A model generated the notes under the pieces. That model saw nothing but the letters and a program-made list of their open reading frames with translations. It was not told the origin of the DNA and did no database searches. Both the position numbers and the translations under genes were made by a program. From Planctomycetota bacterium (GTDB lineage: Bacteria > Planctomycetota > JAJSAM01), in NCBI GenBank assembly GCA_024274785.1, contig JAJSAM010000036.1:14748-78747 (forward strand): 64,000 nt of DNA. Reading direction: 5' to 3'. Shown in pieces: positions 8,963 to 18,177 of the stretch (its first letter is position 1; every line of letters starts with the position of its first letter).

Positions 8963-10192
8963 TCAATCGCCGGCAGCGACCGCCTCCTTTTCCCGCTGGT
9001 CCACCATCATCCGGTGAGCGCGCTCCGCCCACTCCGCCTCCGGCTCTCGCTTTCTCACCGTCACCGCCACCTTGTAGAGGACGGTCAGAATCAGGGCGCC
9101 GGCGGCGTAGATGGCCAGGCCGATCATGACCTCGATCATCGACGGGGAATAGTGCGGCACCTCGCCGAGCGGAGTCGGGATGAACCCGGTGATGACCATG
9201 CCGAGGCCCTTGTCGATCCACAGCGCAATGAAGACCGCGCCGCACGCCCACGCCAGCAGGTTCTCCCTGCTCCTGAGCTTCGGGGTGAGAAGCAGCACCA
9301 GGGCGATGACCGAGAGGACCGAGGAAGTCCACATCCATGGGACGAGCACGGTGTTGCCCTCGAGTCCGAAGTAGAGGAACTCGAAGTGATGCATGTGCTC
9401 CGGAATACCCGAGTAGGAAGCGGTGAAGACCTCGAGCAGGATGAAGAAGACATTGATGGCCATGGCGTAAGCCACGATCTTGCCGAGCGTCCTGATGGCC
9501 TGCCGCCCCACGTCGTATCCGGTCAGCCGCTTGAGGAGCAGGCAGATCAGGATGAGCAGGGCCGGACCGGCCGCGAACGCCGAGGCCAGGAACCGCGGGG
9601 CCAGAATCGCGGTCATCCAGAAAGGACGCGCCGCGAGGCCGGAGTACAGAAACGCGGTCACGGTATGAATGGAGACCGCCCACGGGATCGAGAGGATCAC
9701 CAGCGGCTTCACCCATCCAGGCGGCCGGATCCCCTTTCTCTCAGCCGAGAACGTCGCGTGTGAAATGAGGACGTTCAGGACCAGGTAGCCGTTCAGGGAT
9801 ACGATATCCCAGAAGATCAGGCTGCTCGGGGAAGGGTGCAACACCGCGTTGAAGATCCGGTCCGGCCGGCCCATGTCCACCACGATGAAGAGAAGGCACA
9901 TGGTCACCGAGGCGATGGCCAGGAACTCCCCCAGCACCGCCATCTTGCCGAAGGCCTTGTAGTTGTGCAGATAGTACGGCAGCACCACCATCACCGCGGA
10001 CGCCGCGACTCCCACCAGGAAAGTGAACTGGGCGATGTAGAAGCCCCAGGGCACGTCCCGCCCGAGTCCGGTAACCGTCAACCCCTCGGAGAGCTGCTTG
10101 AAGTAGCAGAGCTTGCCCACGGCGATCACACCGATCAGGCAGAGAAGCCAGATCCAGTACCGTTTGCTTCCGGTAAGCGCCTTCTCGATCAT
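8963..10192 (-). CDS. dsrP: DsrP, NrfD-family membrane subunit of DsrMKJOP
   Basis: VPWGFYIAQFTFLVGVAASAV, DMGRPDR, AVSIHTVTAFL; last gene of the MKJOP block. Confidence 0.95.
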   Translation of the reverse strand: MIEKALTGSKRYWIWLLCLIGVIAVGKLCYFKQLSEGLTVTGLGRDVPWGFYIAQFTFLVGVAASAVMVVLPYYLHNYKAFGKMAVLGEFLAIASVTMCLLFIVVDMGRPDRIFNAVLHPSPSSLIFWDIVSLNGYLVLNVLISHATFSAERKGIRPPGWVKPLVILSIPWAVSIHTVTAFLYSGLAARPFWMTAILAPRFLASAFAAGPALLILICLLLKRLTGYDVGRQAIRTLGKIVAYAMAINVFFILLEVFTASYSGIPEHMHHFEFLYFGLEGNTVLVPWMWTSSVLSVIALVLLLTPKLRSRENLLAWACGAVFIALWIDKGLGMVITGFIPTPLGEVPHYSPSMIEVMIGLAIYAAGALILTVLYKVAVTVRKREPEAEWAERAHRMMVDQREKEAVAAGD

Positions 10193-10199
10193 GGTTGCC

Positions 10200-11018
10200 T
10201 CATACCAGGTAGAAGACGTGGGGGTTCGTGCCGAGTTCCGGGCGGCGCCGCTGCGAGAGTTCCTCCTCGAGCAGCAGCCGGACCTCCGACTCCGGGTCGT
10301 TCAAATCGCCGAAAATGAGGGCCTCACACTCGCAGGCTTCCACACAGGCGGGCCCCTGGTCCGTACCGAGCCGCTCCGCGCAGAAGTTGCACTTCTCGAC
10401 CACTCCGCGCATCCGCGTCGGGAAATCCGGGTTCGGCGGGCTGTCGACCGGCTCGTTGTCGTCGCCACGCGGCCACGGATCCTTCCAGTTGAAGCTCCGG
10501 GAGCCGTAGGGACAGGCCACGATGCAGTAGCGGCAGCCGATACACCGGTGCATGTCCATGAGGACAATGCCGTCCTCGCGCTGGAACGTCGCCTGCGTCG
10601 GGCAGACCCTGACGCAGGGCGGGTTCTCACAATGGTTGCACATCACCGTGATGGGCAGCTCCTTCAGGCCATGGCGCATGTGCTCCGCCTCCTGGCCGAG
10701 GAAGGCGTGCTTGTATGGTTCCTTCCAGATCCACTTGATCTCCTCCTTTTTGGAATCGATCTCGGGGACGTTATGCGTCTGGTGGCACGCGAGCGAGCAG
10801 GCCATGCAGTCACCCTTCTCCTCGCACTTGCGGGTATCGACGACCATGGCCCAGCGAGGCCCGTCTTCCTTCGTCGACGACCTCGCACTGGCGAGCGCCG
10901 CCAGGATCGGACCACCGCAGCCGATAGCGATCGCCACCGCGCCGCTCGCAGCGAGGAAACCCCGGCGGGAGACATCCTTCTCCACCGCGCCCTCCGCATC
11001 CGGCTTTCGATCTTCCAT
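10200..11018 (-). CDS. dsrO: DsrO, periplasmic Fe-S protein with Tat signal
   Basis: SRRGFL Tat motif; CNHCENPPCVRVCP, CIGCRYCIVACP, KCNFC; start at 11018 after a GGAG SD. Confidence 0.95.
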   Translation of the reverse strand: MEDRKPDAEGAVEKDVSRRGFLAASGAVAIAIGCGGPILAALASARSSTKEDGPRWAMVVDTRKCEEKGDCMACSLACHQTHNVPEIDSKKEEIKWIWKEPYKHAFLGQEAEHMRHGLKELPITVMCNHCENPPCVRVCPTQATFQREDGIVLMDMHRCIGCRYCIVACPYGSRSFNWKDPWPRGDDNEPVDSPPNPDFPTRMRGVVEKCNFCAERLGTDQGPACVEACECEALIFGDLNDPESEVRLLLEEELSQRRRPELGTNPHVFYLV

Positions 11019-11020
11019 GG

Positions 11021-11398
11021 CTACCTCTCCTCCGGGACGACGTGGCACTGCCAGCAGTCCGGCTTGACGTCGGCGTAGGTGTGGCACTTGTGGCAGAACT
11101 TCCGGTAGCTCCCGTGGCAACCGAGGCAGGTCCGGGTGAGACTCTTCTCCCACTCCTTTCCGGCGATGAGCACCGGGCCCCGGTCGTTGTTGCGCACCAC
11201 GTCGTTGCGCCACTCGTTCAGGAGATCCATGTGCCACGCCGTCATGGTCGCCTTGTCCTTGACGCACTCCTTCGCATCCGTGACCGGATCCAGGTTCGGC
11301 GGCGTGAAGTCACCGAAGGCGCCCGTGTACCAGATCGGAAAGAGCACCACGATCAGGAAGATCACGATGCCGGCGATAACCTTGCCCTGGTCATGCAT
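11021..11398 (-). CDS. dsrJ: DsrJ, triheme cytochrome c
   Basis: N-terminal TM; MTAWHMDLLNEWR; CLGCH, CHKCH, CWQCH. Confidence 0.95.
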   Translation of the reverse strand: MHDQGKVIAGIVIFLIVVLFPIWYTGAFGDFTPPNLDPVTDAKECVKDKATMTAWHMDLLNEWRNDVVRNNDRGPVLIAGKEWEKSLTRTCLGCHGSYRKFCHKCHTYADVKPDCWQCHVVPEER

Positions 11399-13040
11399 CG
11401 GACTTCACCTCCTCCTCGGCCTCCCGCTTCTGAAGGTGGGGTATCGGTTCGTTGCGCAGGTCCGTCAGGCGTTCGTTCTGCCCCTTCATCATCAGCGCGT
11501 TGCCCACGAACTCGTGGATCCCGGCCACCTCCACGCCGCCGACCCAGTAGTCGATCAGCGGGGGAAGGACGGCCTTGTCGATCGCGCAGATGCAGGCCAG
11601 CGTGTTGACGCCGTACTCATCCTTCACGTACTTGACGGCGTTCGCCCGCGGCAGCCCTCCGCGCATCCGGGCTTCCATGTTCTCGTCGGAGCCGAGCCCG
11701 GAACCGCCCCCGCAGCAGAAGGTCTGCTCGCGGATCGTGTTCTCCGGCATCTCGATGAAGTTGTTCAGAACCTTCTTCATGATGTAGCGCGGCTCATCGA
11801 GCAGTCCCACCGCCCGCGCCGGATTGCAGGAGTCGTGGAACGTCACCTTCAGGTGGTCGTTTCTGCTCTTGTCGAGGTCGAGCTTGTCGTGGCGGATCAG
11901 GTCGGCGGTAAACTCGGTGATGTGCACCGTGCTCGTGGCCTTCGCGTTCGTGAAGACCGTCCCGGTCACCGGGCTCTTCGGCGTCTCGAGGAAGTCCGCG
12001 GGGCCGTTCATCGTGTCCATGTACTGGTGCAGGACGCGCCACATGTGCCCGCATTCGGCGCCAAGGATCCATTTCACGCCGAGACGTCTGGCCTCGAAGT
12101 AGATCTTGGCGTTCAGGCGCTTCATCATGTCGTGGGACAGGAAGAGCCCGAAGTTGCCGCCCTCCGTAGCGAAGGGGCTGAAGGTGTAGTCGAGCCCGAT
12201 CTCGTGGAAGAGCGCCAGGTAGCCGAGGAAAGTGAAGTAGTGCGGGTTCGCGAAGTAGTCCGCGGACGGCACCACCACCAGCACCTCTGCCCCCTTCCGG
12301 TCGATGGGGACATCCACGTGGACTCCGGTGATGTCCTCCAGGTCCTCGGCCGCGAAGTCGAGGTTGTCCTTGAAGGTGTTCGGCCGGACGCCCAGATGGT
12401 TGCCGGTGCGATAGCAGTTCGCCGCGGGTTCCATGATCCAGCCGATGTTGATGCCGACCAGGTTCAGCAGTTCCCGGCCGATCATCGTGACATCGGCGGT
12501 GTCGATACCGTAGGGGCAGAACACGGAACAGCGACGGCACTCCGTGCACTGGTAGAAGTAGTAGTACCACTCCTTCAGCACATCGATGGTCAGGTCGCGC
12601 GCGCCGGCCAGTTTCCCGAACATCCGGCCGGCTTTTGTGAAGTACCGCTTGTAGACGCTGCGCAGCAACTCGGCCCGGAGCACCGGCATGTTCTTCGGAT
12701 CGCCGGTGCCGAGGTAGAAATGACACTTGTCGGCGCAGGCGCCGCAGCGAACGCAGATGTCCATGAAGAGCCGGAAAGAACGGTACTTCTCGAGCCGCTC
12801 CTTCATCCCGTCGAGAATGATCCGCTGCCAGTTCTCCGGCAGGTTCCAGTCCTCGTTCTGGGGCGCCCAGTCGTGAGCGTTCGGCTGTCCGAGGTATTCG
12901 GGGTGCTTCGCATCCGAGGCGTAGCACCAGTTCCCACGACGGTTCGGAATGTCGACCCCGGTGTCCATCCAGGTCTTCGCCGGGGGAGCGTATTCGACCC
13001 TGGACAGTTCCTCTCTGGTGGGAGTCGGGTCTTCAGCCAT
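11391..13040 (-). CDS. dsrK: DsrK, HdrD-like Fe-S/CCG subunit
   Basis: CVRCGACADKCH, CTECRRCSVFCP, HDSCNPAR, TFCCGGG, CAIDK. Confidence 0.97.
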   Translation of the reverse strand: MAEDPTPTREELSRVEYAPPAKTWMDTGVDIPNRRGNWCYASDAKHPEYLGQPNAHDWAPQNEDWNLPENWQRIILDGMKERLEKYRSFRLFMDICVRCGACADKCHFYLGTGDPKNMPVLRAELLRSVYKRYFTKAGRMFGKLAGARDLTIDVLKEWYYYFYQCTECRRCSVFCPYGIDTADVTMIGRELLNLVGINIGWIMEPAANCYRTGNHLGVRPNTFKDNLDFAAEDLEDITGVHVDVPIDRKGAEVLVVVPSADYFANPHYFTFLGYLALFHEIGLDYTFSPFATEGGNFGLFLSHDMMKRLNAKIYFEARRLGVKWILGAECGHMWRVLHQYMDTMNGPADFLETPKSPVTGTVFTNAKATSTVHITEFTADLIRHDKLDLDKSRNDHLKVTFHDSCNPARAVGLLDEPRYIMKKVLNNFIEMPENTIREQTFCCGGGSGLGSDENMEARMRGGLPRANAVKYVKDEYGVNTLACICAIDKAVLPPLIDYWVGGVEVAGIHEFVGNALMMKGQNERLTDLRNEPIPHLQKREAEEEVKSDA

Positions 13041-13042
13041 GT

Positions 13043-14038
13043 CTAGTCCCTCTCCAGCTTGTAGCCGGCTTCCGCGATCTCCTCTTTGAACTCTTCCTTC
13101 CAGTGCTCGAACTCGTGGACCTGGACCGGCTGCGGGTTCGGGTTCACGTGGCGCACCGCGCGGTTGTTGTTCGCGAGGTTCCGGGTCGGGCTCATGAAGA
13201 CGCCGCCGAGATGCATCAGCTTGCTCAGGGGGAAATAGGCGATGAGGGCCGTCACCAGCAGCAGGTGCGCGTAGAACAGCCCCGAGAGCCCGAGTTCACC
13301 GAGGTTCGGGGGGCTGAAACCGAGCAGCCCCATCCCGAGCTCCTTCACCCCCGCGACGTCCGTCTTCGCGAAGTGGCGCAGGAGGACACCGGTCGAGGCG
13401 ATCCCGAAGATCAGGAACAGCGGGAAGTAGTCTGCGGCCTGCGAGATGTAGCGCACCTGCGGATCCAGAAACCGGCGGCCAATCAGCCACGACAGCGACA
13501 CCAGCAGGAGGACGCTGGTCGCAAAGAGTGCGGGAAGTCCAACGTCGAAGAAGCTGTCCACCCACTCCACCCCGGTGACCAGGGCCGGCACCGGCTCGGT
13601 GAAGAAGCGCAGGTGGCGAATGAAAATGATCAGGAAGGACCAGTGGAAGATCATCCCGAACAGCCAAAGCGCCTTGTCGGCGCCGTAGACCAGTCTGGGA
13701 CCGCCCTTCAACTCCGCCTTCGTGTTGCGGAAGAGCGACCGGAAAAACAGGACCTCGAGCGCCATGCGCAGGACGACCTGGCGCCTGGTGTACGGGCTCT
13801 CGAGCGGCTGGTGTTTGATCCACTCGAGCGACTTCGCCTGTCCCGCAACAGTGGGGATGCGAAAGGGCACGGGGGACTTCGCCCACTTGACGATACGGAG
13901 GACGAAGCCGACGAGGAAGGTCAGGATGGCGGCATAGGGCAGCACCACTCCGAACAGGACCTCCAGCCCGGCACCGGCCCCCAGAAAGGCGATCACTACG
14001 ATGGAGAGGACCGCCAACAACGAAACCAGGGCATTCAT
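13043..14038 (-). CDS. dsrM: DsrM, membrane diheme cytochrome b
   Basis: VPFRIPTVAGQ, EVLFFRSLFRNT, FHWSF..RHLR, FPLSKLMHLGGVFMSPTRN. Confidence 0.97.
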   Translation of the reverse strand: MNALVSLLAVLSIVVIAFLGAGAGLEVLFGVVLPYAAILTFLVGFVLRIVKWAKSPVPFRIPTVAGQAKSLEWIKHQPLESPYTRRQVVLRMALEVLFFRSLFRNTKAELKGGPRLVYGADKALWLFGMIFHWSFLIIFIRHLRFFTEPVPALVTGVEWVDSFFDVGLPALFATSVLLLVSLSWLIGRRFLDPQVRYISQAADYFPLFLIFGIASTGVLLRHFAKTDVAGVKELGMGLLGFSPPNLGELGLSGLFYAHLLLVTALIAYFPLSKLMHLGGVFMSPTRNLANNNRAVRHVNPNPQPVQVHEFEHWKEEFKEEIAEAGYKLERD

Positions 14039-14577
14039 CAGGGTTCACCTCGGTTCATGCCGGATTCCCTTTCCGGCCCCTCCTCCCAGAGGAGACCGGC
14101 TCGTTCCATCAGCTTGTAGCTGCGATCACGCATGCTCCGGACCCGAAGCGCGAAAATCTGCTCCCGGCACCGGACGTAGATGTCGAAGGAGAGGTACAGG
14201 AGTTCGTCGATCGCCCGGTCGAGTTCGGCCTGGTCGTTTCCGCAAGAGACGAGCTCACCGACCTCCTCCCGGATCACGTTCTTCAACTCGGGAATGAAGG
14301 CCAGCGCCTGTGACGGCGGCAGGCCCTGGACCGCGCGGAGGTGGATCAGGTCATCGATGCGGCGTTCGAGCTCCTCACGGGAGGCGCCGGAGAACAACGC
14401 CTCGGTCACGCGAGAGGCACCGGTCCGGAAGGTGGCCCCCATCGGGTTCATCAGGGGATCCCTGCTGGTTGCGAGGAAACCCTGCCCCGCATGAGGGAGG
14501 GTCGCCATCATCCGCTTCTGCCAGGCGGCGGCGATGGCCTCCCGGCGAGCGTGGAGATGTGCCAGGAGCTCACTCAT
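14038..14577 (-). CDS. dsrT: DsrT (RsbRD N-terminal domain protein)
   Basis: DPLMNPMG, IHLRAVQ, FDIYVRCREQIFALRV; immediately upstream of dsrM. Confidence 0.88.
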   Translation of the reverse strand: MSELLAHLHARREAIAAAWQKRMMATLPHAGQGFLATSRDPLMNPMGATFRTGASRVTEALFSGASREELERRIDDLIHLRAVQGLPPSQALAFIPELKNVIREEVGELVSCGNDQAELDRAIDELLYLSFDIYVRCREQIFALRVRSMRDRSYKLMERAGLLWEEGPERESGMNRGEP

Positions 14578-16325
14578 CCCGAAATGCCGAGGGACGCCAG
14601 CTCGAGGTCCGCGAAGTAGAGCTTCACCGCTCTCGCCAGCGCCTCGGGGCTGGTGCCGTTCGGGACCAGGCTCGGCGGGAGTCCGATCCGGGTCAGCCGC
14701 CGGCAGGTTCCCGGTCCGATCCCACCGACCAGCATCCCGCGCTCGCGGATCTGGCTGATGAGCCCGTTCTCGACGGCGGACTTCACCGTCGTCTCGCTGG
14801 AGAAGAGGACAATGTCCGCGGGTGGCACCTCCGTCACGCGCGGGTAGCGAATCGTGTAGAGGTTGACGCGAACGACCTCCGCGGCGTGCGGCAAGAGGGA
14901 TTCACGGACGTGGTCGGGCGCGACCTCGGAGGCGGGGATCAAGACCCGCTTTCCGGTGAGTCCAAGAGAAACCAGCGATGAGCTCAGAGCAGCGCGGGTC
15001 GGCTCGGGCGGGATAAGGTCGGGCTCGATTCCGCGTGCCCTGAGCTTTTCTATCGCAGGTTTCCCGATCGCCGCCACCCTCGGCAGCCAGCGGGAGTCGA
15101 GACCCCACTCCGAGAGAAGGTCGAAGAAGGTATCGGGAGACTTTTTCGAGGTGAAGAGCACCCAGTCGTATGGCCGTGAAAAGACAGCGCCACCGTCGAC
15201 GGGGAGCAACTCGGGCTCGATCAGGGGAACCTCGATACAGGTGGCGCCGAGTTCTTCGAGCCGCTCCCGGTGAGTACCGGCCGTCTCCGCCTCAGCGGGC
15301 AGCCAGACGCGGTGCCCCGCCAGCGGCAGGTGGTCGGGCGTGTGGAACTGGGCTCCCACCAGCACCACCGCGGGGGTGTGGATCTCTTCGCGATCGGCGA
15401 TGTCGACGATCGACTCGATCGTGCCCGTCACTGCCCGGGCGAGGGGTGAGCCCAGCTTCTCGACCACCACCACGGGGGTGGTTGCAGGGTAGCCCGCTCC
15501 CCTGAGGTCGGCCATGCGGGCCGGCAGCACCTTGCGGCTCATGTAGAGCGCGATGGCGGGGGCGCCGCCCTTCAGGGGGAAGGGATTCTTGCCGCCGCCG
15601 GCGAGCCGGCCAGTGGAGAAGATGATCTCCTGGGCGACCTCGCGGACGGTCAGGGGCTGGCCGATGAAGGCTGCGGCGCCCGAAGCGGAGCCGACCCCGG
15701 GAAGAACCCGGAAGGAAAGGCCGAGGGTGCGAAGCTCGTCGGTCTCCTCTTCCAGCCGGCCGAACACACAGGGGTCGCCGCCCTTGACGCGGACCACACG
15801 GCGGCCGAGCCGGGCCTCGTTGACCAGGTGCCGGTTGATGTCACCCTGCTTCGTGGAGGGTGCGCCGCAGCGCTTGCCCACCGGAATGACCATCGCGCCG
15901 GGCTTCCGGTTCTTCAACACTTCCTCCCCGCAAAGACAATCCGCGAGGATCACGTCGGCCGCTGCGATGGCGCGGGCGGCCCCAACGGTCATCATGCCCT
16001 CTCCACCCGGGCCGGCGCCGGTGAGGATCACCGGAGGCAGGTAGAATCGGCGCAGCGTCCGGAAGAGGTCGCTCTTCTCGCGAAAGAGGATGGCGACCTT
16101 TCCAGCGGGCTGATCATCGGGGAAGACGAAGTAGTCGATGCCCCCGGGCAGGTTCGAAGGCAACGCCTCGACCGGGATCGCCACGGCCCGGACGGCCGGA
16201 TCCTCGAGATCATCGACGCTCTCGGCGAAAGAAACGGAAAGCCCCGGGAAGTCGCGATCGATAAGGGCTTTCGCTTCCGCCCCCGGCGACCTCCTGGCCC
16301 TTCCGGTCCGGCGCATCTCAACCAT
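14574..16325 (-). CDS. cobA: Uroporphyrinogen-III C-methyltransferase/synthase fusion (CobA-HemD) with a ~100-aa N-terminal extension
   Basis: ILTGAGPG, KGGDPCVFGR, VLPGVGS; HemD part DWVLFTS, VAAIG. Confidence 0.88.
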   Translation of the reverse strand: MVEMRRTGRARRSPGAEAKALIDRDFPGLSVSFAESVDDLEDPAVRAVAIPVEALPSNLPGGIDYFVFPDDQPAGKVAILFREKSDLFRTLRRFYLPPVILTGAGPGGEGMMTVGAARAIAAADVILADCLCGEEVLKNRKPGAMVIPVGKRCGAPSTKQGDINRHLVNEARLGRRVVRVKGGDPCVFGRLEEETDELRTLGLSFRVLPGVGSASGAAAFIGQPLTVREVAQEIIFSTGRLAGGGKNPFPLKGGAPAIALYMSRKVLPARMADLRGAGYPATTPVVVVEKLGSPLARAVTGTIESIVDIADREEIHTPAVVLVGAQFHTPDHLPLAGHRVWLPAEAETAGTHRERLEELGATCIEVPLIEPELLPVDGGAVFSRPYDWVLFTSKKSPDTFFDLLSEWGLDSRWLPRVAAIGKPAIEKLRARGIEPDLIPPEPTRAALSSSLVSLGLTGKRVLIPASEVAPDHVRESLLPHAAEVVRVNLYTIRYPRVTEVPPADIVLFSSETTVKSAVENGLISQIRERGMLVGGIGPGTCRRLTRIGLPPSLVPNGTSPEALARAVKLYFADLELASLGISG

Positions 16326-17742
16326 GGTTCACTCCGCTCCCCATCACCACGGTGCGGGTCAGGGCCAGTAGCTTTTCACGACTCGACTCCGGATCGCGGA
16401 AGCTCCCGAGGTCGAGGATTTCGATCCCGGGGAGATCGGAGAGAGAGGGATCGATGTTGCGCGGCAGCCCCAGGTCCACGAGCAGCAGGTCGCGCCCGGG
16501 TGTGCCCAGATGCCGGCGACGGACCACCGGCGCGGAGGTCCCCAGCACCGTGACTACCTGGTCGTACTCGGAGAGGCTCGCCAGCGCCTCGGCGAGCCCC
16601 AGGTGGCGGCAGGCCGGAGTTGAAGGGATGTTGGCCGGAGTGCGATTCGCCCAGGTGAGTTCGATCTCCGGCACCGTGGCGACGCGGGACGCCACCTCCC
16701 GGCCCAGCGACCCCGCCCCGAGGAGCAGTACCCGGGAGCCCGCCGGCTTCCGGCGGCTCCGCACCACGCCGGCCACTAGTTTTGGCAGCCCGGCCCCACC
16801 CGCATCGTGCAGCGCCCGGATCTTCTTCCCGAGCGAAAGCGACCGGTCGTGGAGCTGCTGCATGTGCACACCCGCGACGTTGCGGGCGACGGCGTTCTTG
16901 AAGGCCGCCTTGAACTGTCCGGTGATCCGGGTTTCGCAGGCGACTTCCGAGTAGTGGCCGGAGACGACGTTGGCGGCATGCTCCACGACGGCGAAGCCGG
17001 TGCGGATGTACACCGCGCGGGTCCGGAGTCCGAGAAGCAGCATCACCGACTTCAGCAACTGGTCGTCCCGCCGGGCCCAGGCGTACACTTCGAGGCGGTT
17101 GCAGGTCGCGAGGATGGTGAACTCCTCGAGCGCCGCCAGGTGGCGGAGCAGACCCGTCATCTCCCTGAGCCGATCCGCATCGGGGCGAAGTCCCTCGAAC
17201 TCCTCGAGCGAGAGAGTCCGCAGATCCACACCGAGAAGCAGGAAGTCCCGTTCGCCGCCGAGGAGCTCCGAGAGCCGCAGACGCATGAACTTCGCCTGCT
17301 TGCAGGAGGCGCCTTCCGTGCTCACGCTCACCTGACCACGACCCCATGGGATCAGGGAGGGTGAGATGAAGTCGCCTTCCCGCCAGGAGGATGCGGAGGA
17401 GGAGAGAATCCCCCGCTCCGCGGCATCCGCGGCGATCCTCCGGTTCACCTCGTCATCGTTCGTGGCGGCATACACCAGGAAAGGCTGCAGCTCATCGAGC
17501 AATTCCGCGCAATAGCGCTGCTCCCGAACGGCCACCTGCCCGGTCTCCGCAAGTTCGCGGATGCCCTCGGTCAAGTCCGGGGCCACCAGAATCACCGGTG
17601 CGCCGTGATCGAGCAGATTGCGACACTTCCGGTGAGCCACGTGACCGGCGCCCACGAGCAGGCAGGTGCGCCCCTTCAGAAGCACATTGATCGGAAGGGA
17701 CCTTGCGCCGTCGACACCGGGTCTGGACGTTTCCTGGTGCAT
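16318..17742 (-). CDS. hemA: Fusion of precorrin-2 dehydrogenase (SirC/CysG-N) and glutamyl-tRNA reductase (HemA, C-terminally short)
   Basis: LPINVLLKGRTCLLVGAGHVAHRK; ATCNRLEVY; ETRITGQ; LLGAGSLG; ANRT; VDLGLPRNID. Confidence 0.8.
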   Translation of the reverse strand: MHQETSRPGVDGARSLPINVLLKGRTCLLVGAGHVAHRKCRNLLDHGAPVILVAPDLTEGIRELAETGQVAVREQRYCAELLDELQPFLVYAATNDDEVNRRIAADAAERGILSSSASSWREGDFISPSLIPWGRGQVSVSTEGASCKQAKFMRLRLSELLGGERDFLLLGVDLRTLSLEEFEGLRPDADRLREMTGLLRHLAALEEFTILATCNRLEVYAWARRDDQLLKSVMLLLGLRTRAVYIRTGFAVVEHAANVVSGHYSEVACETRITGQFKAAFKNAVARNVAGVHMQQLHDRSLSLGKKIRALHDAGGAGLPKLVAGVVRSRRKPAGSRVLLLGAGSLGREVASRVATVPEIELTWANRTPANIPSTPACRHLGLAEALASLSEYDQVVTVLGTSAPVVRRRHLGTPGRDLLLVDLGLPRNIDPSLSDLPGIEILDLGSFRDPESSREKLLALTRTVVMGSGVNHG

Positions 17743-17771
17743 GCTATCCCGCCACAGGACTGTTCAGGTGA

Positions 17772-17803
17772 GGCCGGATCCGGCACTGGCGCCGGATCCG
17801 GCC
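17772..17803. terminator. Perfect 13-bp GC stem-loop after dsrC (terminator or RNA-stabilising hairpin)
   Basis: GGCCGGATCCGGC-ACTGGC-GCCGGATCCGGCC; no clear U-tract. Confidence 0.6.
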
Positions 17804-17821
17804 GGCAACCATGGAGTTCGG

Positions 17822-18145
17822 CTAGACACAGCCGGTCGGCTTCGGCAGGCCCGCCAGCTTGCAGGCGCCTTTGGCCGGGCCGCTCGGGAACAGCTCGTAG
17901 ATCTTCTTGACGTTGAATCCCGTCTCCTTGCAGAGGCGGCGAACCATCGGGGCGATCTTGTTCTTCAAGTAGTACTCCCGGAGGTAGTTGACGACCTTCC
18001 AATGCTCATCGGTCATCTCCTCGACGCCCTCGTCCCCGGCGAAAGCCACCGCGACCGCCTCGGACCACATCTCGGGCTCCTGCAGGAATCCGTCTTCGTC
18101 CAGGGGCAGTTCGACGCCATCGACAACCTTCATGAATTCGCTCAT
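17822..18145 (-). CDS. dsrC: DsrC sulfur carrier
   Basis: LDEDGFL, HWKVVNYLR; C-terminal GACKLAGLPKPTGCV with both conserved cysteines. Confidence 0.97.
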   Translation of the reverse strand: MSEFMKVVDGVELPLDEDGFLQEPEMWSEAVAVAFAGDEGVEEMTDEHWKVVNYLREYYLKNKIAPMVRRLCKETGFNVKKIYELFPSGPAKGACKLAGLPKPTGCV

Positions 18146-18177
18146 CCGATTTCTCCTGGCTTAAATTCCCTGGCCCA

